A DNA stretch of 64,000 nt from the NCBI GenBank assembly GCA_964247055.1, contig OZ176055.1, positions 2,666,001-2,730,000 of the forward strand, read 5' to 3'. How positions within the stretch are numbered: the first letter of the stretch is position 1; every line of letters starts with the position of its first letter. A program made the position numbers and the translations under genes. This stretch comes from Paragordius varius. Lineage: Eukaryota > Animalia > Nematomorpha. The notes beneath the pieces are model-generated. The model did not search any database. It saw only the letters and a program-made list of their open reading frames with translations, and was not told the origin of the DNA. Of the stretch, positions 13,045 to 27,644 are shown one piece after another.

Positions 13045-14569
13045 TTTTTCGTATATTTGTATTCGTATATTTGGTTGGAATTTACATTTTAACTTTTGTG
13101 ACAATAAAAATGGGAAAAAAATAAAAACACTACCTCTTAAGATATCTATATCCTCCTTTACGTTTTCCCTTATTTTTCTCTAAAATGGCTGCCAATCTAA
13201 TGCACAAAAGAGGAATAAAAAATCAATACTTTTTTGAAGCAACTAGCTACTTGCGTATTATTTATTATACGTAAAAAAATATGGTGTGCATTAAAGGCAC
13301 CAGGTTTGTTAATGATATTATTTACTAGCCTACCTGCATTTTGTTTATCAAAAGTAAAAAATTATATTTTTAAATGAGGATTAAATGGCCAAAGTAAGGT
13401 TTTATCGGATGTTGTGAACTAATGTTTTTTAATATTAATTGTTTAATATTTATATGTTGTAACACCAATTTAAAAAATACTCTCATGCTACTTTAAATTT
13501 TTTGATTTATTGTAATTAAGGTTGTGGATTTGACTACTTTTTCAAAAAAGTCCGGTCAAACCCAGACATACCATGGTCATGACCATGGTCTTGACCACTT
13601 GTTACTTAAGGGAATTATCATGCGATATTGGAGATTGTAAAAATGATGCTGAAACTTGCGTTTTACTAATAATGTCATGTTTTCTTAAAAATTTGTATTA
13701 TACAATTTGATATTTATTATTTCTTTTCAACTGAATTCGGCCACATGTTTGTGGCCTTCTAAATCTTCAAACACATAGCTTTTAATACTGGAATTTCAAA
13801 AAAAAATTACCGAGTTTTACACTTTCTCTCAGCAATGAATTAATACCCAAATATAAAATGTTTTTCCATTTTATTGGTCCACATATATGTAATTTTGTTA
13901 TTCGAAATAACTGGATATGGTTAAAGGCTAATGTTATAAGGATGTATGTTTAGAATTTTTTAATATATAGTTAAAAACATATTTAAATATCTATTATTTA
14001 ATCTATTTGAATATTTAATTTTTAAAATATATTAAAAAACAATAAAATCTTACTACATCTTTTTCAAAAAAAATTTACTAGGAATTTTCAGTTTTTTTAA
14101 ATACCATGGTGAAAAATTGTAACCATTTTCTTATAATTATTTTTTATATAAATATAAATGAAAGAATTACAATATTAAATTGATATTTGAGAGTAATTCT
14201 GATAATAAAGTATTTAATTAAAATTAACGAAAAGGGTTTTTTTAAAATTAATGGTTTAATTAATTCTAAATCTCAATTTATTGTATTATATTTACAGGCT
14301 AAGAATGATAATCGAAAGGTTAAGGGAACAGCGAACAATAATAATGTCCAACTAAACATTGGTGCTAAAGGAATAAAAAAAGAACAAATTTATTTAACTT
14401 GTAGAAAATATTTTTATACAAGAATACATTTAGGGGTATTTGTAATAAACATTTAGTTATCCCACATAAAATATTAATACCATAAAACTCAATCCTTATA
14501 CATGTGAGAACCGATGGCAAAACCAACCATGCTAGGCTCTCTGGAATAAAGCAAGTTAACAAGACTTAA

Positions 14570-17013
14570 GATGAGCCTAAAATAATTTGACGGGCCAAAT
14601 TAAATATATTTTTTTCTCGAGGGCCATGAACCTTATAAAGGTAAATATTCCATAGCTATTTGAAACATATGCACATATTTATACTCTAAATCACTAAAAT
14701 GAATTTTTTGCTGATCGCATGTAAATCCAACTAATAACTCGTTTTGCACCATTTAGTTCAAAAAATTAAAGTATTGATATCAACATTTATTTTAATATTA
14801 ACCAATAATTTTTGACAAATTTGGTTTCGCCTCATGACAGGCGAATCTTAATACGTCGTCCATATGATCATCGGTTAATTGATTTCCGTATGAATTCTTG
14901 GTATACTTTATTTTTGAATATGCCGTCTTACGCGTGTAAGTTGAGAGAAAAACAACGAGGATAACTTGAGCACATTTTTTTATATTTTCTTATTCATTTG
15001 GCACATCTTGCCAAAACCCTACATGTTTTTCTTCTCTACGATTCTCCTTGAATATAGCCTCCAAATTGGAATCATTTATAAAATCTACGAATCCTTCAAT
15101 GATATGCGCCGATCAAAACCGAAATTAATTTGCTTAATATTGGATATATCCATATGCCATGGATTTTCAACAAGTTTTAAGCAATTTTTAATATTTCCAA
15201 TTCTTAAAATCTGAGTTTCATCTAGATAAAAATGCTAAATGATTCTCTAATTAAATAATATCCGCGGTAAATTCCATATTTTCTCCATGAATCGTTTTAA
15301 GTGTTAGAAAATATAGGAGTTTATTTATGAATTTTCTTCAAAAGCAATCATTTTATTAGCAAATTTGGTTAGTATTTTGCTCCCTTGAAGAATCGTATCA
15401 AAAAACTAAGTATATTAAGTCGCAAAGGTGGGCTAATAAAACCTACCATTTGGCACTATTAATATCTTCGCCAACTTTCTGTTATCTTTCATAAATAATA
15501 GAATTTCATATCTTAAAACAAAAAATCTTAATACTTTGCTAAGGCTTAGCCATCTCACAGCGGTGTACAACGAATATTGTCAAACTCACTGATATCTTTT
15601 AAAAGGTTTTATTTAGGGCGGTTGAATTATCTGCCACGAATGTTAACTATATCCAAAACCGTTTTAATTTCTGAATTAAGTAATTCATTTTTTACAACCG
15701 AAATCAAGTTTTTCTGATGAATAAAGCAGTAAAAGGATTAAATATTTTGCAAATTATATTGTTTTTCAAAAGAGGAATTAATCCTTTGTTTATTCCAACC
15801 ATAGTGTGCAGATCAAATTTTTCATAGCTATTCCATTATATCGACAAAAGTGCTGATTATTTCGAAAAAAACACTTCCTTTGGTGGTATTATTCATTGGT
15901 AAATATTTTAAATATTCCTCGTTGAGTATCTTGTCGTTGCAAAATATCACGAAGAGCGCACATTGAGGTGTTGTACTAATATCAGTGCTAGAATCAATAG
16001 CAATACTAAAATATTTGTAGTTTTCAGGCCAATAATGTATTGTTAAAAATATAATTAGACATATCTTCAATTCATCGAGCACATGTTGAATCAGAAAGTT
16101 GAAGTTTTTAATTGTCTCATGATTTGATCTTTATTATGGAATCATCAAATAAAAAAGTGCCACCATTTATTATACATTCTTTAAATAGTTGGGAATCAGT
16201 AAACGGTTTTTTCCTAAAATATAGCAAATTTCATACGTAGTTAATGATACAGCCTTTTCATGGGCGAAAGCTATGGACAAAATAGATTTATCTTTATATA
16301 ATTCCTAATATATATTTTCCGTTTCTTTCCTCATAATTTTTTGGTTTATGAGAATGATAAATTGTAAAATGTCTTTCAATATTGTATTTTTTTATAATTA
16401 TGTTGTCCTTACATAAAAGGCAGGTAACAACAATTTTTTTTTAAACTACAAAGAATTTTTTTTTCCATTCTTTTATAAAGGAGTCATTTTCATCGGATGA
16501 TTTACGTTTTTTAGCATTAGATGTCATCCGTTGATAATTATGTAAATTATTTTTAAAAAAATGGGAACATAATTTGAATTATGCTATAAAAAAACAGTTT
16601 GAAATCCAATAGTGTTGATTTGAAAAATATTTAATGGGAATAAGTTATAAAAATGATGCAGGATAGCAAAAATAATATGTATATGCAAGTTTGGGTGAAA
16701 GCTTGCTTAAATACAAAAAGGAATGCAATAAAATTTTTAAAATAGAAAATAAAATAAAATATAGAAACAGGAACAAGTGCGCCAAAATTTAAATCTGTAG
16801 AGAAATTTTTCTACATTTCATATTCGGTAAAAAATAAAAATTACCAAAATTAAATATAAAGAAAATATATTAATTAAAATAGCAAAAATTCGTTTATGTG
16901 TATTTTAGAAATTCATTAATCAAAAATAATTGGGTATCAATATGGTCATAGGGCAAATTTATAGCACTCTTAGGGCCGCATGCGGCCCGCGGGCCGCGGT
17001 TTGAGTATCACTG
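14570..17013 (-). mobile_element. Decayed hAT transposon (SPIN/GTF2IRD2-like transposase remnant)
   Basis: Terminus GGGCCGCATGCGGCCCGCGGGCCGCGGTTTGAGTATCACTG at 17013. The minus strand from ATG 16527 reads MTSNAKKRK..FIKEW...TCLLC...YNIERHF (zinc finger), FSIAIDSSTDISTTPQCALFV (first catalytic Asp region), and near 14800-14980 FLSTYTRKTAYSKIKYTKN..NQLTDDHMDDVLR (dimerisation domain). Many stops and frameshifts; the left end is approximate. Confidence 0.85.
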
Positions 17014-17412
17014 CTATAGATCAATAAAACACTGAGATAACAGATCTATCATTTGTGCCACAATGGGAATCGCTGTACAAAATATCTGTATCGCACCAAA
17101 ATTCGCATCAAAAGTAATGAAATCAATTTTTTCGTTTTCAGAATTACTACTGCCCAAATTATTATAGCGGGAACTAAAACAAACAGAATTTAAAGAGATA
17201 TATTTTACAATCTTAAATAAAATCGCTTAGGGTTAGCTCTTTATGAGAGATAAGCATATGTGAGGTGTGGAATAAATCTATTAAATTTTTTATGATAAAA
17301 AATATCACTAAATGTTTTGTTTATAGAGACAGAAGATATCATATAATATCGTTAAAATAAAAAATTATTTTTTAGGAGGTTACATCAATGTCCAGTGTAC
17401 TAAAAAAATATA

Positions 17413-17938
17413 CCATTCGCACTGCAAGAGTGTCCTATAACATTTCAAGTCAGTCTTTGAAGACTTCAAGGTCTTTCAACACTTCCACTTTAACCTTAAA
17501 CTTTTTAAGTTTTGATTCAACCATAAATTTTGCATAAATTTATTAAAATTTCTAAACCTAATTTTCTTGATTTTTATAGATTTATTCATATTTTTCGTTA
17601 AAATCCACTTTTTTCTTTCGTAATTTTTACCAATACAACGATATTAATTTTATATATTTTCAACTAAATATTGTAAATAGTAACCCAGAAAACTTATATT
17701 TTTTCAATTCTCCTATTATAAATAAAATATTTTTTGAATTACGGTTCAGGATTAAAAGCTATCATATATGAATGATATTCGGTTGGATTGATAAAAGTTA
17801 AAAACAAATTAAAAAAGTTCAAGCAAACCTAAAGTTTTCAAGGACCAACTTTTAATCAAGGACCAACTTGAAGTGTACAAGAACTAACTCCAGTTTAAAG
17901 TGTTTATGGACTAACTTAGGTAACTCTTGTGCAAATGG
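17413..17938. mobile_element. CCATT-ended, TA(TA)-flanked MITE with CACTTCAAG/AAGGACCAACTT subterminal repeats
   Basis: TATA|CCATTCGCACTGCAAGAG ... AACTCTTGTGCAAATGG|TATA. A related longer copy spans about 19413-20425, and its interior (about 19880-20300) is directly duplicated at about 20790-21190. Confidence 0.7.
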
Positions 17939-18669
17939 TATACAATCACATATCAATCACAGATATATAAAATTTCTATCGCCCGAGAATTTTAAATTAA
18001 AGGTTCATTTGCTTAAAAGTTTTGGTGAGTGTTTGTAAAAAAACACAATTTATATATATATATTTAAATACGAACGAATTTTATTAATTAAATATCTGTA
18101 GAAATAATTAGCATCCTCCAAATATATAGATAAGGTGTTTTTATAATATTTAAAAGTGTTTTTACCGTTTCCATCATGCCTCAAAATAGTTTGAACGCTT
18201 TCAAGAAAATTTTGCTAAAAATTAAATTTTTGAAATATACATTTTTTTAAATATTTTTAGTATTAAATTTTAGCATATATTTCAAATTTTTATCGCGCAA
18301 TCTTGGCATTTTTACGTATTTTAAGACAACTAGCCCATTTTAGAAGGGAGAAAAAATTTAGGACTTTCAATGCCCATATCTAAAAATTAAGATTTTATAA
18401 AAATATTGTTTTGACTTTTATATGTAGTTTATGATATTTAGTAATTTTTTGGAATGAACCAATTAGCTTTCACCAATTTTTTTAGCATGTTGTGAGGAAA
18501 TTTCATTTGATATGGAGAAATTACAACAAAGATTTATATTTTTTATTTATGAATGACATGTAAGGCCCAAAACCAAAAGCGGAATAGGAGTTCTGATAAG
18601 ATATTGTAACAGAAATAGCTTCGAGGGCCGCATTCGAAATGAGAACAAATAGATCCAACACCTAAGAAT

Positions 18670-19070
18670 TCATTTTATTAGGGTTTATTAAAAAAATTTT
18701 CCCTCGATTTAACATTAAACTCGAAATTTTCAAAATCAATAAGCCAAGTTTTTTCATCATACAAAAGAACGCAAACAAATCTATCGAATGGTAGTTAATC
18801 ATTTATATTAATTTGATGTAAAAGTTATTTGGCTTTATATGGTCAAAACATTCAACCCTTAAAATTTTGACAGACTCACTAATTTATAAATTATATAAAT
18901 TATTTTAAAATAATTATTTGAGTTACATTAGTATAAAAATTATCATCTCTTTAAAAAAGCTTTTGGCTTACTTTTTAATAAAAATCTACTTGGTGGATAC
19001 TATGCATAGTTATAACTGTAAATTTACATATAGGTTATAAAATCAAGAATGCCTTAAACTTTTATGTGTT
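18670..19070. mobile_element. Old internal fragment of the CACTAG MITE family
   Basis: Degenerate collinear match to about 40480-40930 (CGATTTAACATTAAA.TCGAAATTT, GATGTAAAAGTTATTTGG, GTGGATACT..ATGCATAGTTATAACTGTAAATTTA). Confidence 0.7.
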
Positions 19071-21751
19071 TGGAATTTCAATTATAAGCTTATTAAAGAT
19101 AAAACTAATAGTAATGAGATGATAATAAGATTGAAAAAAACAAACACAAGATAACAATTTATTTTTGTTCGATGTCAATTTTACTATAAATTGGTTTAAG
19201 ATTTATAAGGATATTTTTGCGAATTATGATTCGCTAATTTTTGCAAGCCGCGTATTTGACACCCCTGGTTTACAGTAGAATGTGAGCAAAATTAACAATT
19301 TTTTAATAAGGAGCAATTGGCACAAAAGTGTAAATATTTTTCTTAAACGTAAGGCCCAAAACCTCCTGATGCTTTTCTCAATCAGAAAGAACATATTTCA
19401 TCAATGATATATCTTTTGCACTTCAAGAGTGTTCTTGAACATTTTAAGTTGGTCCTTTAACACTTCACTTCAAGTTGGTCCTCAACTTTTTTGTTTTAAC
19501 TTAAATCAATCAAACCGTGTATCATTCATCCATTTTATTATTTTTAACTTATTATCTTAGTTCCAAACATTGAAATCAATATCAACTTTTAAACATTCAG
19601 AAACCGTATATGTTTATTAAGTTCTTCAAAAATATTTTAATATAAAAAGATAAATGAAAATAAAGTTTTCTCGGTAGTTGAAAACATTATAATTAAATAA
19701 TATTTTTGGATTAGAAACAAAAAAAGTGGTTTTAACAGTTCGATTCTTGGCTAAAAACTCCAATTTAAGTTGTTTTTAAAAACTACTGAAAGAAATGGTT
19801 TTAATTTAAATATATGCATTTCTCATAATAAAAATTTATAAATAAGCCAAAATATATAAATAAAATTTAGTTTTGGAAAAAATTTCCGTCCCAAACTACT
19901 TCGACGCCAATTTTTTACAACATTATTGCAAAATATCGAGTTTATTTGATTCTAAATCTAAAATTAAACTTACTAATTTATTAAAATCAGATTCAAGAAA
20001 AACAGAATAAATGATACATTTTGCATTATTTTTATATTTAGATTATCGACACATGTCATGTTGGCTAAATTTTTACCTTCAGGTTTTACATCTGAATAAG
20101 AAATATTAAGTATTTTTGTATATATTTATCAAATACTTCGGTTCATTAATGTTATTTAAGTGCAAACTGCCATGTTTCTATTTATTCCATATATTTTAAA
20201 TTTAAATTTAAACAAGTTTAGGGCATACAACTACTATAGTTTGAATAAATGAATGAGTTGCATCCAAATGCTATATAAAAATTTGAAATGAATAAATATA
20301 AAATTAAGAAAAATAGGTTAAGAAATAATTAAATAAAATAATTTATGCTAAATTTATAGTTTAATCCAAACAACAGTTTAAGGACCAACTTAAAGTGTTC
20401 AAGGAAACTTTTGGGAAGTGATAGTATAGTATTATATTTTTGTTATTCTCAAACTTTTAAAAAATAATAAGCAAAATAAAAATTATATGTTAATCTTTAT
20501 ATTTAAAATAGAATCAACTGTTGACGTTGTAAAATCTTCGGAAATATAGCAAAATAAAATGGTCATTATTATTTATTAGGAATGCACCAATTATTCCCCC
20601 ACCGTAAATGAGGTCCAAGTATTCCGCCCCTGTATCACAAAAGGAAACACATAGATCCAAATTGGGGTATTTAAATAAGTTGGGATTTTTAAAAACTACT
20701 ATAGAAAACGGTCCCAATTTAAATTTATGCTTCCATCCTAATAAAAATTATATAAATATGACAAAATATCCAAAAGTTTAGTTTTCAAAAAAAAGTTCCA
20801 TGGCAAACTACTTCGACGCCATTTTTTACAAAAATTTGCAAAATATCGTCTTCATTTAATTTTGATGGTAAAATTAAAGCTAATTTTTTATTTAAATTAA
20901 ATCAAACATTGATAGAGATAGAAAAAGCGGTTTATGTAATCTTTTCAATATTACCATTGCACACATGCCACGTTGACTAAATTATTACCTGTGGGTTTTA
21001 TCTTATAACAAGTAATATCAATTATTTTTGAATAAAATTTTTTAGATATTTCGGTTTATTAATGTTATATAAGTGCAAAATTTTGCTATGGTTTCGATTC
21101 CTTCCATATAAATTTAAACAAGCCTGGGGTATCCAACTACCCTAATTTGAATTGGAAGACCGAGTGTGTTGTATTCAAGTGTTAATTGTATATAAAATCA
21201 GTGGAACTCATCGAAAACTTTCAGAGTTCTTCAAAGAAATTTTATCTTGTCACGAGGGCATGGCATATAAAAATTTATAGCTGACACATTTACACATATA
21301 TTTCATAAATAAATACAAATAATTTAGAAATAATTCAGGGCCATAAAAAACACTTCAAGGCCGCATGCGGGCAGGGGGCCGCGGTTTGATTATCGCTGAA
21401 ATAAATTCTTCTTTTTCGTAGTTTTTACAGGATAGCTCATTCAACTTTAACAGTAGACGATTTATCATGTATATTATGCGTCAATGATGATCGGGTAAAT
21501 TTTTTTAACAAGCCCTCGTTTAAGTCACCACATGTATAATTTGCTTATCACAATTTGAATCCCTAAAAAGCTTTTTTTTGGAAAACTTATATCATATGAA
21601 GTCTTGAATAATCCTCAGTATTTTTATAACGTCATATATAAACAATAATATCTGTTAAATACACCACTTTTTATACTTTTGTAATTTATAATAAACATTA
21701 TAAACAGTTGAACAACTCTAACAGTTGTTTTTAATTAATTTCTCAGCAGCG

Positions 21752-24700
21752 ATGTTCACGTTTAGATTTTTAAATTACGGCCTAGCTTGTCAAGGGACAA
21801 AACAATTTTCTTCCACCGCTTCTTTAAACCAAAAGGTAACTTAAATAAAATATACATTTTTAAAGTAATGATAGCTAATTGTTTTATATATTATATAATG
21901 TTTTTAACCTTAGAAAGTATCTGTGATTGGAGCAGCTGGGGGAATCGGTCAACCTTTAAGCCTTTTGCTTAAAATTTTACCTACTTTGGCTGATAGTGGT
22001 GGAACTTTGAATGCTCCACACAATGTTAATCCTTTGTTGACTTCATCGAAACTTTCATCCGTACAGTCTGCGTCGACAAAGTCACTCTCTAAAACACTTG
22101 CTCACCTGGCCCTCTATGATGTGTTGAATACCAAAGGTTTATTATGCAATAAATTAAATTTATAAACTTTTGAATTGTATTAAAGTCGTAGATTATCTCA
22201 AAAATAAACGCAAATAATTTTTATAAATTGTTTTTTTCACCAAATGCAATTTGTTTAAACCACTCACATTTGCTGTTGTAAACTTAAAAGATTGAATACA
22301 AATAAAGTCTTCGTAATTTATTGTTTCTTCGCATTTAAAAATCAAATAATTTGTTTTCGGAATATATTAACTAAATGTAGGCATCGCTGCTGATTTAAGC
22401 CATATCCCAACACCGACGCAAGTTTCCGGTTTTGATGCATCTCAGACGCCTCAAGATAAACGTGATAATTTGATTTCCGCTATAACTGGTTCGGATATTG
22501 TAGTTATCCCAGCCGGAATTGCAAGAAAACCGGGTAAGTTTCTAAAAAAATTTATTTTAATTTTTAATTAACGAAGTTTTTTAGTTAAAATTTTTTGATT
22601 CTTATATTTGAATATTCTTCTAAGTTTTGCCGGTTATATGCTATTTTAACTTGTCATTTTTAGCATTTCATAATCACGTACAATATAATAAAGATAAAAA
22701 TAGCATTCAACCTAAGTTTGAAAACAAAAATGTAAAATTTTAAAATAAAAATAATTACAATAAATTGACCAAGTATAACCATAAATGATAGCATTCAAAA
22801 ACGACCAGACCGGTTAAATTTTTTAACGGTTTAAAAACATACCCCTAGATAAAACAATTTTAGTAGTTGACTTAAATTACTTTTAGTTATATATTTTGCA
22901 TTGATTACACTGTGCAACAAATTTTATCCTTTTCTTTTAGACCAGAGTGAAAATTACGACATCTTATAGAGAATTTTTTTCTGAAAATAATGATATATTT
23001 AATATTTTCCTAGCACTTTTTCACGAGCCGCTAAAAGGTTTCAAAAATCCAAAAACCATCAAAAATGCCTGTTTTTGTAACCCTATAACTTTTTGAATTA
23101 TATAGCTTATTATATTTTTTTGGGGCGATTTTACAAATTATATTTTAAAATTCATGTAACATTTTAAAATTTTTAAAAGTCTCCACTACTTTTTGATTTA
23201 TTTGGAAAAAACGAAACTTAGCTCCAAAAAAATAGCGTTTTTGGAGCTAAGTTTCGTTTTTTCTAAATAAATCAAAAAGTAGTAGAGACTTTTAAAAATT
23301 TTAAAATGTTACATGAATTTTAAAATATAATTTGTAATATCATCCAAAAAATAAATAATAAGCTATAAAATTCAAAAAATTATAGGGTTACAAAAACAGG
23401 CATTTTTGATGGTTTTTGGATTTTTGAAACCTTTTAGCGGCTCGCGAAAAAGTGTTAGGAAAATATTAAATATATCATTATTTTCAGAAAAAAATTCTCT
23501 ATAAGATGTAGTAATTTTCACTCTGGTCTAAAAATCGTGTTGCACAGTGTTATTAATTGACACACTTTAACCATAAAGCATTGCGCACAAGTAGTTAATC
23601 CATTTATTAAAAAGGCTAACCCATATTTGCTTTTAGGGATGACAAGACAGGATTTATTTGATACGAATGCAACGATTGTCAAAGATATCGCCGTCTTGGT
23701 GGCTAAACATGCACCACAAGCTTGTCTCTGCATAATAACAAACCCTGTATAATATATTTTTTGGAAAAATTCATAAGTCTATCTATAACACTAGACAACA
23801 AATTTTTCTGCCACTCGAGTTTTTTGGATTTTTTGATATTTAATATCATTTTAACAGTAAATCTGAAATAAAAATCATAACTCGTTGGAAGAATTTTGTA
23901 TAATTTGATTTTTTTGATTATGCGCTCTCTTTATCAAAATTTTACTAAAAATATTTTTCTTTGAAAATATACAAGTAATGCCCATTTGTAATATATCATT
24001 CGAAAGAGTATTAAAAACTCTATAAAATGTATACTAATATGTATTACATCGACAGTTAATATTGGACACAAAGAGCGACAAACGCGCGAAGCGAGAGCAT
24101 TTTTTTTAATTATTATATTTTTAAAACTAATGGATGAAAATAGCTCAAACTTTGTTTAGATGGAGATGATTGTCCAAAAAAGATAAAACAAAAAGTTTTT
24201 TCTGATTAAAACATTTTTTATTGCTTTTATGTCACTCAAAACAGCCATTTTTAAGTTTTTTTAAAAATTACCATCTCATCAATATTAATTTTTTTCTTTA
24301 CAAGGCAGATAATTTTGAAAATTTAAAAAACAAAGTTTAAGGTATTTTTGATCTTTTATAGCCATTATGTAATAAATTTACAGTTATAACTATGCATTTT
24401 AGTATCCACTAGGTAAAATATTTATGATAATAATAATTTTTATTAAAAAAGAAAACCAAAAGCTTTTCCAAACATTTTTTTAAATTAAATACTAAAATAA
24501 CCCTAATAATTATATTAAAATAATTTATATGATTTTCAAATTAGTTTGTCTGTGAAAATTCTTGACTTATTTAAGGATTGAAAATTTTGACCATTTAAAT
24601 CCAAATAACTTTTACATCCGATTGATCTAAATGACTTACTACCATTTAAAAGATGCAGTTTTTTGCGCTCTTTCGAATGATATAAAATACATGGCTTCAT

Positions 24701-27644
24701 ATCTAAATCTTTAAATTTTCGAAATTTCGAGTTTAATGTTAAATCGGGGCCAAAAATTATCGATAAACTCTAATATAAAAAAATTCTTCCATGTAAGACC
24801 AATTTTCTTTTCAGATATACTAATTATGTACTTTAATGAAATAAATTTTAAATTTACAAGAATGGCAGTTAAAAAAAGTTAAAATTTGTTGTCTAGTGTA
24901 ATCATTTATTTATTTTTATCGATTCTCAAAGTAATATGCTAGGAAAAAAGTATACTTTTGCGCAGTTATTCTTTACTTTTATTTAAAAATATTTTAAGAA
25001 TAGGACTAAAACCTTGAAATCAGTCCACTTTTTGAATGATTTAATTATAACTATTTTAAAATTCTTTTTAATAAGGATTCTATAATTCAACATAATAAAT
25101 AAAAAATGGGTATCAAAATAAAAAAACAAATTTTTTTTAAAATGAATTTTGTTTGAAATAATATTAAATAAATAAAGTAAATATCTAATTACCTTTATAT
25201 GTATTAATATTTTAAGGTGAATTCTACCGTTCCTATTGCATCTGAAGTGTTGAAGCATTACGGTGTTTATGATCCACGAAAAGTGATTGGTGTAACCACT
25301 TTAGATATTGTGCGTTCAAATACGTTTACTGGCCAACTTAAGGTTTGAATATCATTGCTTCTGCTTTTTTTATCATATATTTATGGTTGTTTAGAATTTA
25401 TATATGCCAAGTTTTATGGTTTTAGGACATTTTATGTACACACACACCTAATATACCATTTACAATTCAAATTTACCCTTGAACAATTCATTAACTAAAA
25501 ATAAATTATCTGTTTTTTGGCTAATATAAGTCATTATCAATATAAAATATATTCTTATGGCTTATTTTATTATTTTTTCAGTATCATATTAATTTTAAAC
25601 GTAATGTTATTTTTTAAAAATATGAAAAAATATAGGTAAATTTTATGTTTAAAACACACTTTAATTTCTTTTAGGGTGAATTTGATTGTTTGAGGGTGAA
25701 TTAGAATTGTTCAATGGTGAATTTGAATTGTTTAAGGATAAATTTGAACTGTAAATGGTATATTAAATGTCTAGTTGATTTTTTATTATTTTGCTCCAAT
25801 ATGGCTATTTGCAAGGATCACCTGGGAAAAAAATATGCGTTTTAATATAAACAGTTTCAAGTATTACATGGTCTGGTTGCTAAATAACACAGATTAAAAA
25901 AATTCTTTATAAAATAATAGCGTCAACAACTTGCTATTAGACAGGTTTTTATTTACCAGTTTTCTCGGCAGGATAAAAAATATTAAAAAGTGGAGAGATC
26001 CTATTTTAAAATAACAATAATTTTATATGACTAAAATATATTCAGTTTTTCATATTTGAGAATATTTTAAAAGTGTGATCGATATCTTTCTTAGAATTTA
26101 GCACCGCAAAATTTAAGTATCCCAGTGATTGGTGGCCATTCCGGTAATACAATTGTACCAGTTTTGTCTCAAGCTACACCCATACCTATTGAACTGAAGG
26201 ATTCAAAAGAATTATCAGCTTTTGTTGAACGGGTTCAAAATGCAGGGACTGAAGTCGTAAAAGCTAAGGCTGGTGGGGTAATTAACATTACTTTTGATGT
26301 GAAAACTGATTTTTACTTTTCTTTTGTTTTTTCAATAAAGTAAATATATTACGTTGAAATTTAATGTTCTTCGTGCTAACAAAAGATTATCGTTTTTCAA
26401 TCTTATGTTAATCAAAATGATTGTGTAAATTATGCATATAATAGCAAAATTGTGATTTAGATTGCATCTTTATTACGCATTAATCATTTACCTTTATAAT
26501 AATTGATGATTATGTTTCAGGGATCTGCAACACTTTCTATGGCTTATGCTGGAGCTCGTTTTGTCATTTCGGTATTAATGTTTCATTTTCTCAACCTTTA
26601 CCTAATTTATATTTTTATATAAATTTTGAGAAAAATATTCAAATATTATTTATATATATTTTTTTAAAAAAATAAAAACATAACGATATAGTTTTATGAT
26701 GAATACATTTTTTTGTTATCAAAACAAGATACCTAGTTTGGATTTATTAAACCAGTTATGTTTCAATGTAGTTTACGAAATGTCTTTTACATGTGATATT
26801 AGTTATTGGAAGCTTTAGATGGGCGTGATGGTGTCATTGAATGTGGTTATGTATTAGCTGATAAGGAAATTAACGCACCCACCAAATATTTTGCTAATCC
26901 CTTACTTCTTGGGGTATAAACGCAACTAAAATACTTTCCACATTTTACTTATAGTAGAGATTAATTGATATATACCTTTTACAATTCAAATTCACCCTTT
27001 ACAATTCTAATTCACCCTAAAATAAATTAAATGTTTTTTAAGATTAAAAAATGACTTGTATTTATATAAAATAAAATTTTGTTTAAAATTAGCATACTGA
27101 ATAAATACGAAACTATGCCATAAGAATATATTTCATATTAATGGGGAGTTATATTAGCCCGAAAATACCTAATTTATTTTTAGGGTGAATTTGAATTGAT
27201 CAAGGGTGAATTTGAACTGTTAATGGTATAAAAAAAATGTGGCTCTCATGATATGTTGGTCATATTTCGTACACAATGTTGAAATAAATTTGTTGGTTAC
27301 TAGATTTTTTTCTTTTACTTGATCTCTTTTTCATATTCTTTTTTTACTAATGGTTTATTTTGTTTTTTTTGCTACACAATATAATTTATAATAAAACAAT
27401 ATATTCTTAAAACAATTCAACTGCCATGGTTCTTTTTTTAGTGTTGGGTATTAAAATTTAAGAAAAATTTAATGTATAGATAAAAATGTCTTATTTTTAG
27501 CGGTCCGGTGTAGCCAAAAATTTGGGTTTCGGAAAACTTACAGCTTACGAAGAAGATTTAGTACGAAAAGCGGTTCCTGAACTCAAAGCAAACATTGAAG
27601 AGGGCGAAAAATTTGTGGCAAAGATTGCTCATGAATTGAAATAA
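21752..27644 (+). CDS. MDH2: Mitochondrial malate dehydrogenase, 9 exons, about 394 aa, with a ~37-aa insertion
   Basis: Exons 21752-21835, 21914-22136, 22381-22533, 23637-23746, 25217-25342, 26095-26277, 26521-26571, 26803-26913, 27501-27644. Presequence-like N-terminus; motifs [48 protein letters not shown]|[41 protein letters not shown]|[11 protein letters not shown]. Confidence 0.96.
22908..23549. mobile_element. Fold-back MITE (about 642-bp near-perfect palindrome) in MDH2 intron 3, CACTG termini, TTA TSD
   Basis: TTA|CACTGTGCAAC ... GTTGCACAGTG|TTA. The arms (about 315 bp each) are reverse complements converging on ...GCTCCAAAAA AATAGCGT TTTTGGAGC... near 23230. Confidence 0.93.
23789..24898. 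mobile_element. 1.1-kb MITE, CACTAGACAACAAATTTT TIRs, TAA TSD, in MDH2 intron 4
   Basis: TAA|CACTAGACAACAAATTTT ... AAAATTTGTTGTCTAGTG|TAA. Near-identical in reverse to 40354-41475. No coding capacity. Confidence 0.93.
25456..25758. mobile_element. CCATTTAC-ended MITE with 21-bp subterminal repeats (MDH2 intron 5)
   Basis: TATA|CCATTTACAATTCAAAT ... TTTGAACTGTAAATGG|TATA. Confidence 0.85.
26975..27226. mobile_element. CCATTTAC-family MITE (MDH2 intron 8)
   Basis: TATA|CCTTTTACAATTCAAATTCACCC ... GGGTGAATTTGAACTGTTAATGG|TATA. Confidence 0.85.
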
